Source: Folioceros fuciformis (Eukaryota). From it: a stretch of 64,000 bases of DNA. Within the stretch, counting starts at the first letter, position 1. Each line of letters starts with the position of its first letter. The notes below the pieces were generated by a model. That model made no database searches, was not told the origin of the DNA, and saw nothing but the letters and a program-made list of their open reading frames with translations. A program made the position numbers and the translations under genes. The stretch covers positions 71,897-135,896 of the forward strand of contig JBNGIO010006003.1 of NCBI GenBank assembly GCA_049999805.1, given 5' to 3'. Shown in pieces: positions 10,812-24,284 of the stretch.

Positions 10812-13170
10812 CTGCGTCTTGCGTCCTTCGTCCTGCATCCTGCGTCCTTCGTCCAGCGTCCTTCGTCCAGCGTCCTTCGTCCAGCGTCCTTCGTCCAGGG
10901 TCCTTCGTCCAGGGTCCTTCGTCCAGCGTCCTTCGTCCTTCGTCCAGCGTCCTGCGTCTGCCTCTGCGTGTGCATGTGCGTAAACACCAAGTCACAGGCG
11001 TGTAGCGTAGCGGTGACTTAGAATTTCTTGAAGTTCAGGCAGTAGTTTGTATGTGCATGGCCAAAGCCAAAGTAGATGTCCTACAATTTATATTCGTTTT
11101 CAACCTCCACCATTCGATTACATTCCCCAGGAGAAAAAAAGCAGTCCCGCCACTGTTTTTGTCACATATTGGTTTCGGGTGCGTCCTTGTCTTTTTTCGA
11201 GACCGCCAACAAACAACACAAACAAAAGAAAGAAAGAAACAAACAAAGAAACAAACAAACAAACAGGGGCCAATGCAAGACAAGGGGAAAGGGAGAGGGT
11301 AAAGTCAAATCTGGATTACGGGGATTGGTTTAGAACAGACGCAGGTGGGTGGGTACTTTACGTACATTTTAGGCACCTACACCGGCCATCCCCGCCTTGC
11401 GCCTGCCCTACACTCCCAACTCCTGGGAAATATTAGTCAAAGACAGGCAGGTGGGCCGGGTATTAGCGGCCTCGCCTTCCTGCCCCATCTCTCGTTAAAT
11501 GATTTATTATACACATAGAGCACAGCACTATACCCAAAATGTGATGTGAGTGTGTGCATGGGAAGTCGGGAGAGGGGGGAGCAGGGAACGCCAATGCCAA
11601 TGGCAGCTGGCATTGGAACAAGATCGACACTGGTGTAACCAGCGCGCAAAACCAAGCGCGATCTTTGTCGAGGCGCGCGCACACACACACAGAGCACAGC
11701 ACAGCACAGCACATCACATCACATCACAGAACAGAACAGCACAGCACAGCACAGCGGTGGGGGCAGGAGTTCGAGTATGCATGTAGCTACCCTAATAAGG
11801 ACGGAAGGCAGGCAGGAAAGGAAGGAAGGAAGCAGGAAAGGAGCAGGCGCAACAGCGCCTTGGTTGTGTGTGTAGAGCGCACTGGAGTGGAATGGAGTGT
11901 GAGTGAGTGTATTTGGTATAACCGTTGTATAACGATTCCAGCAAAAGGATGATTGGCGCCGCGCGCGGCTTCCAGCCGCCGGTTATCTTCTCTTTCTCTT
12001 TCTCTCCTGCCCCTCCTCCTCTTTCTCTCCTGCCCCTCCTTCTCTTCGCTCCCATTTCTTTCCGCCTTCTTTCCGGCGTGCTGTGGAGAATACCGGGGCC
12101 GTCACATGGTGGGCACATGTCGCTCACCACACTTCCTTCCCGCCCCGCGCTTCTTGTCCTCATCACCCCGCACTTAGCGTAAGTAAGCCAAAGCCACGTC
12201 GCCTGCTGCTGCTGCTGCTGCTGCTGCTGCGCTTGCATGCCCAGATCCTGCTCTTGCACCTGGGCATTTAATGGGGGTAGGAGGTGACCCATCATATGTT
12301 ACCCCGGTTGGACACTGTCACATAATAGCCTTACCTGCATACAAGCATGTGGAGCAACGAATTCCAAGCAAGCGAGACTGCTGCCGTCGTCGCTCCAAAC
12401 TGCACTGCAACACCCCAATTCCTAAACTTGAGATCTTCGACACACCAACAAGGGCCCAAAGCTGAGCTTCCCAGGAGGCTAATGCCAACGCCAACGCCAA
12501 CGCCAACGCCAATGCCCATACCAATGCACTAATCTGCCCCCCTTCCCTTTGTACTTGGCATTGAAGAGGTCGGGCAGATCGTACAGGCGAGAGAGAGGGT
12601 CGCCCGCGGCCCAGCCCAAACGGCCAAGAAGCCTTCAACCCCAACGCTTTTTCATTTTCATTAATGCGCCCTCTCTTGTGGCCTGGCCTGGCCTGGCCTG
12701 CCTCTCCTTATACCAATGTACAATGTGTGTGGTACATGCATGTCGCATTTGCAGTTTCTGGTTCGGATTAAGGGGGGTAGGCAGCAGCGGCAGCGGCAGC
12801 GGCAGCGCCACTGGCACTGGCACTGGCACTGTAACCAACCCTTGAGGAATGTAAAGCATTTGTATGTACAGATAATCCGGGGCGTGGCTCGGGGCTCATA
12901 ACTCTCATGAGACGCTTCAAAATGGCACTTCGCCCACAAGGGGGATTGATTCTCAGGATGCGAGGAGTTTGGGAATTTGAGGGTTCGAGGGACGAGGGGG
13001 ATCTGGTGGCAGTGCGGCGGAGTGCGGACGGACCGACTGCCGACGGCTGCATTTAATGCGCGTCCAGGATATGATGGGGGGGGGGCGGGGGTGTTCACCT
13101 CGCCTCGCCTCGCCTCGCCTCGCTTCACCTCGCCTCGCCTCGCCTCGCCTCGCCTCGCCTCTCCTCGCCC
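10722..13170. repeat. Microsatellite-rich intergenic island: (CTGGCT), (CTGGGT), (CTGCGT), 14-bp CCAGCGTCCTTCGT, (AAAC/AAAG), (CACAG), (CTG), (GCCAAC), (GGCAGC), (CTCGC)
   Basis: Tracts visible near 10722-10960, 11205-11265, 11675-11755, 12204-12230, 12483-12525, 12781-12830 and 13098-13168. Confidence 0.9.
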
Positions 13171-14315
13171 GTCCGATGCCGGTTGCCATGCTCATGGAAA
13201 GACGCGGGAGGGATGGTCCGGAAAGAAGCCGCCGCTTTCTTTTTCTCCTCTGCTGGTGCTTCTCGCGTTTTGGGCCCCACTCTCTCTCTCTATCTTTCTC
13301 TCTTTCTTCACAGCACTGGGGCTGCCAGATGACTGCAGTTCATGCTTCCTTTCCTTCCCAGGCTCTCAGTCCCTGCCCGACTCGCTGCCCGCTGTCTGCC
13401 CGGCCTGCCCGTGCCTTCCTCGCACTGCCACCGCCTGCGCCTTCCCCCTCCCTCTTTGTCTCGGGGGCCTCCTGCTCCTCTTTGCCGAGACGCCTGGACG
13501 CTCTTTGCTGTGCCAAGCCGAGCGCTAGCTCGAGCGCGAGCGTAACCTCTGCGCCCCTCTTCTCTTCACCGTCTCTGCTCAGCCTAGCCTAGCCATCTCT
13601 GCCTTGGCCGGAGCATCGCCGCCTCCCAGCTTGCGAGCGGCCTGGCCACGCCATGCGGTGTCGGTCTGCAGCTCGCGAGCCCCGGCGGTGATGGAGCTGA
13701 GCCACACCTCGTCAGTTGAGTTGAGGTGAGGGAGCTGCTGGATGGATTCTTGGACGACTTCTTGATGCCGCGGATTGCCTCCTTCCTGCTTCTCGTCCCT
13801 CCCCGCACGCCACGCTGCGTCGTACCTGTCCTAGTCTTGTCCTCAAACACACAAGTCACGCCACGCGACGCGGGCCTGCGCCTGTCTGCTTCTCTTCTCC
13901 GTCATTCACCCGCTTGTGCCTTGCTTCCGCATGCATGCTAGGAAGCGGAATCGCAATTGCGTCTTCGTCCTGTGCCGGTTGGAATTGCCCGCCCTTTGCT
14001 TGTGCGTGTGTTTGCGAATTTCTTGTTTCTTGTTCCCAGTTTGGTGCAAGATTGCGACGATTTGCTTAAATTTCGGTGGAGCGCACTCGCTCTGCTCCAC
14101 CCCTCGCTTTTTCATCCGGCGGTGCACGGCAGAGGCAGCTGTAGGGCGGCGGTGCGCGCTTTTGCTCTGCTTCCCTTTGCCTCGCTGCGGTCCTCTCATC
14201 CACGGTTACGACTTTTTGCAGCTTGCTTTCCGACGAACTGTTGTTGTTGACCACAACGTTTGCGCGATCGGAGTGTCTAGGGGAGCGTGACACGACCGTG
14301 GCTTTTGGAAGCTGA

Positions 14316-15533
14316 ATGAAGCGGACCATGGGGGCCCCCGTAGTCTTGTTGGTGGACCCGAGGTCTCAGGAGCAAGAGGAGACGGAGGACCGATCCAGCG
14401 TGGTTATGGTTGAGAGACTGTGGAGTAGGTTGCCCGAAGAGCTGGTCGAGAGAATTCTGACGTGGTTGCCGCTCCCCAGCCTCTTTAGATGCCGCTCCGT
14501 GTGCAAGAAATGGAACACGCTCATGTTCTCCAAGGATTTTCACTCCGATCGTCACGGATCCTCGCCGATGCCTCTCCTCCTCTTGTTCGGGCTCGAGGCT
14601 GGTAGAGCCGACCAATCGTATGATGCTCTGCGGAGTTCCTGGCACAAACTGCCTCGATCTTTCCTTCCGTATTTGGATGTCCATCCTATCGTCTCGGCTG
14701 GTGGCCTGCTGCTCTGCGTCAGAAGCTTCAAGCTCAAATTCGACTACTCCTGGCTCTGCGTTTGCAACCCCTTGATGAAGTCTTGGCGAGATTTGCCCGT
14801 CACCAGCAAGGTGAAGATGCCGATGCTCATCACCATGGTTTATGATGAGCAAGCCAAGTCTTTCAAGGTCATAGTCGCTGGAGATCGGAGGTTCTGCACC
14901 GCCGTTGCGTCTCTTGACGAGGTGTCCAGGTTTCAACAGGAGACCACCAATTTCTGTTGGCCTACCTACGTGTACGACTCTGCCACCGATTCTTGGAGCG
15001 ATGCTGGTAGGGTGCCAGACGGCTCTTGTCTACGCCCAACCTCCGTTGTTCTCCACGGCACCCTCTACGCCTTGAGAAGGACTGGGGAAGTGGTGGCCTT
15101 CGACTTGGAGAAATGCCTGTGGCGCCGTCTGCCAGTGCCCGCGCCCGTGCCTCCCTCTTGTGATGTTGCTTGCCTGACAGAGACCTCTGGAGCAATCTAC
15201 ATGGCTGGCTATTCCAGGGCTGAAGGTGTGCAAGGATTGAGCATATGGCAGATCGACTTCAAAGCCAATACTTGGCTGCACCGTGGCCGCTTGCCCGACA
15301 AGTTGCGAGCAGATTTGAAGCCAAGATCAACGGAACCTGCACGCCTGGTTGGACACGGCAGATGGTTCTTCCTCATGTTTGGGGGTGGTGATGGAAAGTT
15401 GCCCGAGACTATCAAGTATGACTTCGTCGCCAGAGTGTGGCGGCACATAGGACAGTGCCCGTTCGATATCCGCTCGCCTGACCTGCAATCCAGCCTGCTC
15501 CCCTACGAGCCCAGATTGGATGTTTTTTGGTAG
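14316..15533 (+). CDS. F-box/kelch-like (F-box-associated beta-propeller) protein, intronless CDS
   Basis: F-box WSRLPEELVERILTWLPLPSLFRCRSVCKKWN, followed by SAGGLL, VCNPLMKSWRDLP, VYDSATDSW and C-terminal YEPRLD. Confidence 0.92.
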   Translation: MKRTMGAPVVLLVDPRSQEQEETEDRSSVVMVERLWSRLPEELVERILTWLPLPSLFRCRSVCKKWNTLMFSKDFHSDRHGSSPMPLLLLFGLEAGRADQSYDALRSSWHKLPRSFLPYLDVHPIVSAGGLLLCVRSFKLKFDYSWLCVCNPLMKSWRDLPVTSKVKMPMLITMVYDEQAKSFKVIVAGDRRFCTAVASLDEVSRFQQETTNFCWPTYVYDSATDSWSDAGRVPDGSCLRPTSVVLHGTLYALRRTGEVVAFDLEKCLWRRLPVPAPVPPSCDVACLTETSGAIYMAGYSRAEGVQGLSIWQIDFKANTWLHRGRLPDKLRADLKPRSTEPARLVGHGRWFFLMFGGGDGKLPETIKYDFVARVWRHIGQCPFDIRSPDLQSSLLPYEPRLDVFW

Positions 15534-16555
15534 ACATTGCAGACGCACTTGATGCTCTCACGCACATCCATTTGCTATGCCACTGCCCGGCCTCAACTGC
15601 GTTTTTTCGACGGCTAAGATTCGGCTCCTCTCTATTTCTCATATGCAATTCGTCTTGTACCAACTTAGGAAGAAACTGTGCAGGCCTTCAGTGGCGTGTG
15701 GATTAAAAATCTCAGAATTTGAAGGAACTAGCTCAAGCAGAGTCTACTATTTGCCCTCCCTAAGAGCAACATTTGAAGAACGTGTGGCTAGAGGCTGAAG
15801 TTGCTCAAGGATTTTTTTTTTGGTTTTTTATAACCCGGCCATGTCTGGTGAGGACTCCGTGAACTACTCTATGCACGTGACATGAGTACTGTTGCTTTGC
15901 TAGCTGACACTTACCACCTCTTTGCTGCAGTCCTCGATCGACCGCCCCAGGAGGATACCACTCCACACCGGAGGCACGCCAGCAGCACCGGGGAATTGAT
16001 TAGTAGGCTTTTCACCCCTAGCTTGACTGGCTACTCACGGACTTGCCACTAGCTTAGTGAAAGATCTGTACGCCGTGATCATCGGCTTTCTCGGATTTGC
16101 GTATAGCAGATTGTCTTGATCTCCCAGGGATCATGAAGCTCCAGAAATGGGGACACTTGAGACGGAAGGAGTACCTACTGTACGCAGTACGCGCTTTTAA
16201 AACTGTAGGCAAAACTCATACTGTGTATATAATACTATCGCTTACACAGGCTGCATCCATGGAAAGCAAACCCCTTATATGCTAGGGAGACCTCTACTCG
16301 AGCGACAAGTACAGAAAAATAGCCTGGCTCCAATCATGTATGACAGTGGTGAATGATATCCTCCTGCACGTTCTTTACAAAATTTGGTTCTGTTGCCGAT
16401 TTCGTACATGGCCGCTGTCTCATGACAGTCAAAATTGTAGCTATACACACATGCGTACAGTAGCTTGCGTCTCTGTACTGGCAGACCTGGCAGAGATGGA
16501 GCCATGATAGCGAAAAAGAAAAAAAAAACTCAACTTCTACCCGCTGGTGGCTGAC

Positions 16556-19500
16556 TTAGTGTCGCGATCTCACAAGCTTGAGAGCTAGAGCTTCCTGTTC
16601 AGCCAAGGACAGATGAGGTGCACGCCCTTCACCTGTGTCGTCGTCGTCCCGGTCGCTCCCAGCGTCTGAGGCCGCTGGGGACCGACTGCCGGCATCAGTA
16701 TCGTCTTCACTGTCACCTGTGTCGGCCCCAAGCCTTACTCCGTCTGCCTCTACCTCTGAACCCTTCCTCAACTTCTGCATCTTCTTCCGCCTCCTCTCCC
16801 GCAATCTCTGCTTTTCCAGCAGCCGATCTTCCTTGTCCCGCCGCTTCATCTCGTTCTTGAGCCTCGTGTTTCGCTCCTCAGCGGCACGAGCAAGATCTTC
16901 TGCAAACACCAGGGACACATGTGAGTCATGATCATGGATACAGTGCAATCGTGGGCATTGCAATGAAAATCAACTGAGATACCTTGTTCGTCCTCCTGCT
17001 CCTTCTGGAGTGCAAGTGCTTCAAACGGCGTGACAGCGTTTCCATCTTCGTCGAACACCATACGTTGGCCACCAGCTTTGCTGGAGTCAATCTTCAACAC
17101 TTTCTTCTTCTTGGAAACCTTTACTCCAGAACTGCGCACCAATTCCAATACTCAGGCACCCATGCTAACCGCAGAGAACAAATCATTGCAGAAAGCGAAA
17201 TACCGATGGCAAAGTACGAACCTCTTCGCTGCTCCTACACCTCCTGAAGTATCTTCCGGACCTGCTTGCCTTCGCAAGGTCCTACTACTGTCGTTTTGGA
17301 CCCGGAACATAAACTCCTCTTCAACAGTGGGCTCATGAGCCCGCATTTTCTCATAGCTCGCAGACAGCACATCTGCATTTTTGCGTCTGAAGAGTCGGTC
17401 GAGTTTGGACGCCTTCTTCTTCGCGTTGACATCACTCTCAGACAGCCATGTAGAGAGAGACGCGACATCAACCTCCGCCTGCGCTCCATTCTCGACATGT
17501 GCGTCCTCGTCCGTAGTCTCTGACCCTTCGTGCTCATTGTCATCTGCATCATCATCCGAGCCCTCGACCACCCGGTTCATGTTTCTTGGGGCATTCTTAG
17601 CCACTTTGGCAGAGGAATTCTTCAGAAACCGGATGCGAGGAGTCGATGGCAGTCCCATGGATGCTGCAAACTCAGCGAGTGGAAGTTTTGCGACGTCAAA
17701 CATCTCCTTGTCGGGACGCAAATGGAGAGAACGCATATATGTGACGAATGCTCGCTGGGCAAGATATTTTAACTCAGGACTCTTGGAGAGCAAGCCTGCC
17801 AACGCGTGTGAAACTTGCTGCACCTTGTTCGTATTTGCCTGTGGGAAGTGGGCAGGGAGTGCCATCAGGTTAGACACAAAACAGTGCATTGGAGTCGGCA
17901 TCCAAGGAGGACTGACGCACTGGTGCATGATCCATACCTTAATCACTTTGATAGGGATCTTAGATGCTTCGAATGCAGTCAGCATCTTCTGCTCTGCAGA
18001 TGTCAGAAACAGTAAAGACCGCCCTGAGGCAGTGTACCGAGCAGTCCGTCCAACCCGATGAATATAAGTGGCAACGTCTTCAGGACAATCCACCTGGGCA
18101 GCCAAAGGTGCACATGATCAGAAGGCGTTCAGAAAAGCTTTGTCATTCAGGCCAGCGGACCTTCCTTACCACCATCAAGTGAAATCTAAATGCACCACAC
18201 CTGAACCACCCAGTCTACTGCCGGAAAGTCAAGTCCTCTTGCTGCCACATCCGTAGCAAATAACAGCGAATGGCGACTTTCGCAGAATTCAAAGAACACC
18301 AAAGACCTTTGCATCTGCTTCATTCTTCCATGCAAGCATTTGACGGGCACTCCTGGACGCAGCTTTTTGAATACTTCGCTCAAAAACTTGACCTGCAGCA
18401 GATGAACAAGTTGAGTGACAAACGTGATCCACTTGCACATTCACACAGAAAAAACCGTAATTTTTTTTGATCTGGCCACGCAAGTTCCAGCAGCGGGAGA
18501 ACCAGACCTGCTTACAAGATGACAGGAAGACCAGCATCTTAGAGCGAAGATGCGACTTGACAAAGCTCCACAACATATCTAACTTCTCCTCCAAGGGCAC
18601 AATCATGGCAGTCTGCTGCAGTCTCGCCGGCGTTGCCGTGGTCGACTCTGCATGCACAGACAAATACTCGGGATCCCGCAGACTGAGCCTGGCAAGATCT
18701 TGCACAGATCGAGTTTGCGTGGCCGAGAACAGGAAAGTCTGCCGCTGCTTTGGAAGCTGTGCCAGAATGGCATTGAGAGTCTTGGCGAATCCCATGTCCA
18801 AAATGCGGTCTGCCTCATCCAACACCAGCACCTGCCTTGTGACCACCACCAACCCCCCACGCATTAGTTGTTATGGCTGACCAGACTAAACCTCCTTCCG
18901 TCCAGCTCAAAACATCCAAATCCGATGATCCAGCAGCACTTGCCCAGACAATGGTAGGGATCACTGCATGAACGTGCAAAGGTGGCCTGAAGCTACTAGA
19001 TAACTGAAAACCCACCTGGAGCTGGGAACAGTCGAAGTTGGGCGTCTCGTCCATATGCTGCAGCAGGCGACCTGGCGTGCACACTAGAACATTGAGCGAG
19101 CTGACGTGACCTTTCTCCGTATCCACACCCTTCCTCCCCCCGATCAGCAGGCCTCCACTGAGCGAGTGGTGCTTGCCCACCTTCTTCAACTCATCAAAGA
19201 TCTGCACTGCCAGCTCGCGCGTAGGCGAGATAATGATTGCGCCCACCCCATCCAGAGTGCCCCACCGAAGCCGAAACAATTTCTCGATCACCTGCCAACC
19301 CAAAAGCCCGTCAATCTTAGTCTTCGTACCAAGACGCGCCGCCATCCAAACAACCAAAACCCATCCACCAACCCACCGGCACGAGAAACGCCAAGGTCTT
19401 GCCAGACCCAGTTTTGGCCGCCCCGAGAACATCCCTCCCACACAGAGCGTGCGGGATCGCGGCCTTCTGAATCGCAGTCATGCGCGTGTAGTGGGCATCC

Positions 19501-19799
19501 ACCAGCCCCCTCTTGGTCCGATCGCAGAGCGGCAGCTGCGAGAAGAGCTTGGCTCCAGCGTAAGGCCTCAGCTTCTCCTCCACCTTGCCCGCCTCCTCCG
19601 ACAGGGTTGCAGCCAAAGGATTGGACCCAGTCGGTGGCGCCCCATTCGCAATCCTGCATTCCAACACCTGGATCTCCTCCACTTCCGAAGGCCCTCCCCG
19701 CCGCTTCTTCCTCACCTGACTAAGAGGCTGCGTCTGCTCAGCCTCCTCCTTCTCCCGCTTCTTCCGCGTCTTCCCATCCCACCTCTTCATCGACACCAT
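16556..19799 (-). CDS. DEAD-box RNA helicase, RH32/DDX10/Dbp4-like; multi-exon
   Basis: Motifs [51 protein letters not shown] and [10 protein letters not shown] across GT-AG exons; C-terminus [13 protein letters not shown]. Confidence 0.93.
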
Positions 19800-20814
19800 C
19801 CTTCCCACACCAAATGCCCAACACCTCGGCAAACCTGTACTGTCTTTCCCTTAAGACCCGTCCGCCACCTTCAAGGATGACATACAAGACGCACGAACTC
19901 CTCCCGCGCTCAGTTGCGGGATGCGGGACGAAACGAGACGAAACGATCCATCCCAACCCTTCTCGTTTTTTTCGGCCGCAATACGCCGGTCGCATCACGA
20001 CTCAAAACAAATGACTCGGGTCTCACACTTCTAGACGCTCATCTCACATCGAACTTAAGTATGTATTTCCACACCTAAATAGAACAGAATTAGCTTCATA
20101 ACTCGAACTTGTGAAAGGCGAAAACAGCAAGGGAAGAGGGAAAATGCGGGCGATACATACATCACATACATACATACCATATATGGTGGAATCTGGCAAA
20201 CGCATCGAGTCCGTCCACGTGGTAAAGTGCAAACGGGTTGTGACCAGGGTCCGGATTAGCGAGCCGGAGTCGATCTGAGCCGTCCGCAGTCATCATCGCC
20301 GCTGTCCAGGTCTGTAACCCTTTCCCGCTCTCGTTGCGTTCTTTTTCCCCCTCTGGTCTCTTTGCTTTTTTTCAGCTGCCGTGGTGGTGCTGATCGTCTC
20401 CGTGCGGGTGTGGCCCAGACAACGGGCCAGGCATCGCAGCGCGCTGGTGGCCAGGCTGAGGGCCTCGTGGCTGGAATCTGATGCGCGGTGCTCGCGCTGC
20501 GGCTTCGTCAGGCGGCAAGCCAGGGTTTTGAGCGCAGGCAGCCAGCAGGGATCAGCTCGGTGTCGGCCCAAGCCGTGCCGTGCTCTCGCCATTCATTGCT
20601 GTGAGCTGAGCAGGCGCGGTAAGGGGGCCTGCTCGGGGCCTATGCTGCGGGCTCGTAGCTGGAGGTGCGGTGCGGCTGGTGGGCGACTGCCCCGTTCCGG
20701 AGCTTAAACTGAGTGACCTCCCGGGCTTGCTAGGGTTACGGCTTTTGCCGTTGTGGGGGCGACATCGAGCCGGCACCACCGACTTCTTGGTGTTCGCAGC
20801 TGCGCGCGGTGATA

Positions 20815-23800
20815 ATGCAGTCCCAGGCCGGTGTGGGGCTGCCGGCTCCGCAGGGAGCCGAGCAGCAATGGATGTACCAGCAGCAGGCTGTTATGCAGCA
20901 GCAGCCGCAACAATCGCATGACGAGGTCAAGACCCTTTGGGTCGGCGACCTCCAATACTGGATGGACGAGAACTACCTTCACAATTGTTTTGCTCATACC
21001 AATGAGGTACTCGGTGGCTTTCTGTAGCTGTCCTGGTCTGTGCTTGCCTGTACGGGCTTGGTTGCGTGCAAGTGTCCGATTTAGTAAAGTGTTAATTTTC
21101 TCTCTGTGCAGGTGATGTCGGTCAAGATCATCCGCAACAAGCAGACGGGTTACTCGGAAGGGTACGGCTTTGTGGAGTTCGTTTCCCACGCAGCTGCCGA
21201 AAAGGTGTTGCAGACCTACAATGGCACGCAGATGCCGCAGACAGAGCAGCCATTTAGGTTGAACTGGGCTTCCTTTGGTATCGGTGAGAGGCGGCCGGAA
21301 GCGGGACCCGAGCACTCCATCTTTGTTGGAGATCTGGCGCCGGATGTTACGGATTACATGTTACAGGAAACTTTTCGGAGTCGCTATCCTTCCGTTAAAG
21401 GAGCTAAGGTCGTCACGGATGCGAATACAGGTCGCTCAAAAGGGTACGGATTCGTGAGGTTCGGTGACGAGATGGAGAGGAATCGAGCCATGAGTGAGAT
21501 GAATGGAGTCTACTGCTCTAGTCGACCGATGCGTATCAGCGCAGCAACTCCCAAGAAGTCTTTAGGTCATGCTCAACAACCCTTTCACCAAGGTTGGTTT
21601 TTTACAGTTGTTTGCATTACAGCTGCCGTCAGACATGTGAGGAGCTATTTCGGCTCTTTTCCGAGTAACCCTCGCCGTAGCACATCCGTAGGTGTCTCGA
21701 AAAGGGGCGGACGGGAAGCCTTATTTTTGCAACTCTCTTGTCTCATGGGGTTTACGTGTGTCTGATTATGTTTTTCTTCGAGCATCCTGTCCCTCTGATG
21801 GTCATGGTAGCTGCTAGACGTCTAAAGAATCTGTCGTATGCCTCCCCATGTTGATTTCTCGAAGGCCCTCCTCTTGTTCCTAGCATACGTCACAAAGGCT
21901 AGACTCCCTCAGACATTCCTTGGACTGCCCGGTTATGTTTCCGCAATTCCCTGCTTAATTCATTTCCTGGGCACCATTCAAATTTGCCTGGAGTAACCAG
22001 CAAACTGTGTGGGTCCCAGTTCTTTAAAGCTTATAAGCTCATTTGTCTTTAAGCAGGAGAGCAAGAGACTTTCTACACTGAGCTCAGTCCAGGAACAACT
22101 TGTCCTCCTTAAGAGGACTGTAAGGCCTTTTGACCTGGTTAACGGTTATAGCTCTGAGATTTTCTACTCTGTGAAGACTGATTTGAACAGAAACTATGTG
22201 GCTGATGGAGAAGGCTCTTGTATCGTGTGTTTGCAGCTGTTCCAGCGGCAACTGTCGTGGCTGCCCAGTATCAGGCGCCAACCTATGGTGGGACTCCACC
22301 TCTTCAACAAGCTTTTGCAACTGATAATGATCCAAATAATACCACAGTATGCTAGATCTATCCAGCCAATTTCAGAATTTCAGCTGCTGGAAATAATGTA
22401 TTGACATCATTTTTACCTTCTACCTTTTTTCCTTGAACGGTTCCAGATCTTCGTGGGTGGATTGGATCCTAGTGTTACAGATGAAGAGCTGAGAGCGGTT
22501 TTTGCTCAGTATGGAGATCTAGTGTACGTCAAAATTCCTTTTGGCAAGGGTTGTGGGTTTGTGCAGTTTACTCACAGGTGAGCTTTTCAGTTTCTTTTTT
22601 TTCCGGTATTGAGAATCCCACGGTTTCGAAAATGATTTATGAGATGCTTTTCCTCTTGTGCAGGGCTTGTGCGGAGGAAGCGCTAACTAGGTTGCACGGT
22701 ACAGTTATTGGGCAACAAGCAATCCGGCTGTCTTGGGGAAGGAGCCCTGGTAATAAGCAGGTGTGTAGACCGTGCCGGTTGAGTGGCGATGATATTAGTT
22801 CTCGTATTAATGTGATTTTGCGTCTGTGGTACGATGGCACATCTGATGGGATCTATGTTTTCCTGTCAGTGGCAGTCTCCGGCTGGTTGGGGGCAGCCTC
22901 AGCCAGACCCAAACCCTTGGAATGTGGGTGGGTATTACGGTTACGGGCAGGGGTATGATGGATATGGCTATCCTCCACCACCTCAAGATGCTGGAGGCTA
23001 TGGATATGGTGCCTATACGTATGGGCATTATACTCAGCAGGTAAGCTAGAGTTCCAAGGATGACTTGGGGTTCACAGACAGTAATTCTGTCTTTTGAGAA
23101 TGTCTTATCGTATGTACAGGTTTAAGTTACACCAGAAACAATTTGGTTCCACGATTATGGCGGTGGTGTTGTTTTGAACCTGGTATGCAAGCATAGTTGA
23201 ATGAGAAAAGGAGACTTGGCCGGTGGTTTGGTGTATGCATGATGTGGTGCTAATGCTGAATGTCGCATCTGTTGTTAGATTTGGAGGTTGGAATCAGATT
23301 TGAGTGGTAGTCCATGTTTGACATCTGTTGTCCGCTCCCTCGAGTAGTGATTGGGCCAGAGTTTACATTCAAGAACCTCCTCTTGTCTGGCTCTTTTTGC
23401 ATGAACTCTAGATTGAAGCTCAATCTGGGATAGCAAGTGCTTCCATCACCAGCTCAGGACATGCAGCCGAACATAAGGAGGATGAAATCGTCGACCCCCT
23501 GGCACCTCCTGACATTGACAAGTGAGTTTTGAGGAGTCCAAGCCTCGTTTTTGTTTCTCTCGGTTCTACTGAGGCCTGTGTATGTGTTTGCCTTGTCAGG
23601 TCGAGTAGTCTTCTGTCTGTCAGGTTCCCTTTCAGATAGACCTGTTGACGCTGCGTCTCTGTATGAATCGTGCATGTTTACCACTTTTCGTGGCCCTCAA
23701 TACTGCTGGATGATGCAACCTCCTGAGTGGGATCCTTATGTTGGACAATGTCTCTGCAGATTGAATGCAGCGTACATTGCTTTACATGAGCCTCCCTTGC

Positions 23801-23856
23801 TGGGACGTCATCTGTGGCTGAAGACATCTGAGCAAGCTCAACCTGCCAATGCCTGA
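20815..23856 (+). CDS. RBP47: RBP45/RBP47-family RNA-binding protein (3 RRMs), RBP47B'-like C-terminus
   Basis: Gln-rich N-terminus; KTLWVGDLQYWMDENYL; IFVGDLAPDVTD; IFVGGLDPSV. Exons approximately 20815-21006, 21112-21592, 22237-22347, 22447-22577, 22664-22760, 22871-23040, 23412-23521, 23760-23856; tail DPLAPPDIDKLNAAY...LLGRHLW. Confidence 0.92.
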
Positions 23857-24284
23857 ATTAGTTTGTGGACTCGACCGTTCCGTAGCGTTTAGGGACTATG
23901 CTCTCGGGAGGGCTGCGTGCCAAAGTAGTCACCTCATCCGCCAGAACTGGAGTCCGCTTCTCCTTTGGAGGCTGGTAGACCTGGCTGTTGAAAACGAACC
24001 GATCACACCTGTCGGAATGACAGCCGTTGTAAATGTAGAAGGCATCTCTCCCGAATGTTCCGTGTAGCCGCGTGTTGCGGTCTGTGCAATTGCCATGTTG
24101 GGTCGGTCTTCCGATCTTCGAGCCCATTTCTTTGGATCCTACTTACTTGGCAGTCGCTGCAATTGGATGAATTGGATGTTGGTGTAGGAAGTATCGGTAA
24201 TAGTGGTCGTGAGTCGCAGTGGCATGTTGTTGGACGTGCCGGTGATCCTGGTTACTCACCGGTGGAGGAGAGGGAAGCGGAGGG

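Noticed and set aside
10612-13592. Low-complexity ORFs (poly-R, TQ, CV, SPRLA repeats)
   Set aside because: Translations of microsatellites open in several frames, with no domain or splice support.
21593-22236. Long RBP47 intron as a snoRNA or poison-exon host
   Set aside because: No convincing paired C/D or H/ACA boxes seen by eye; cannot be supported without a covariance search.
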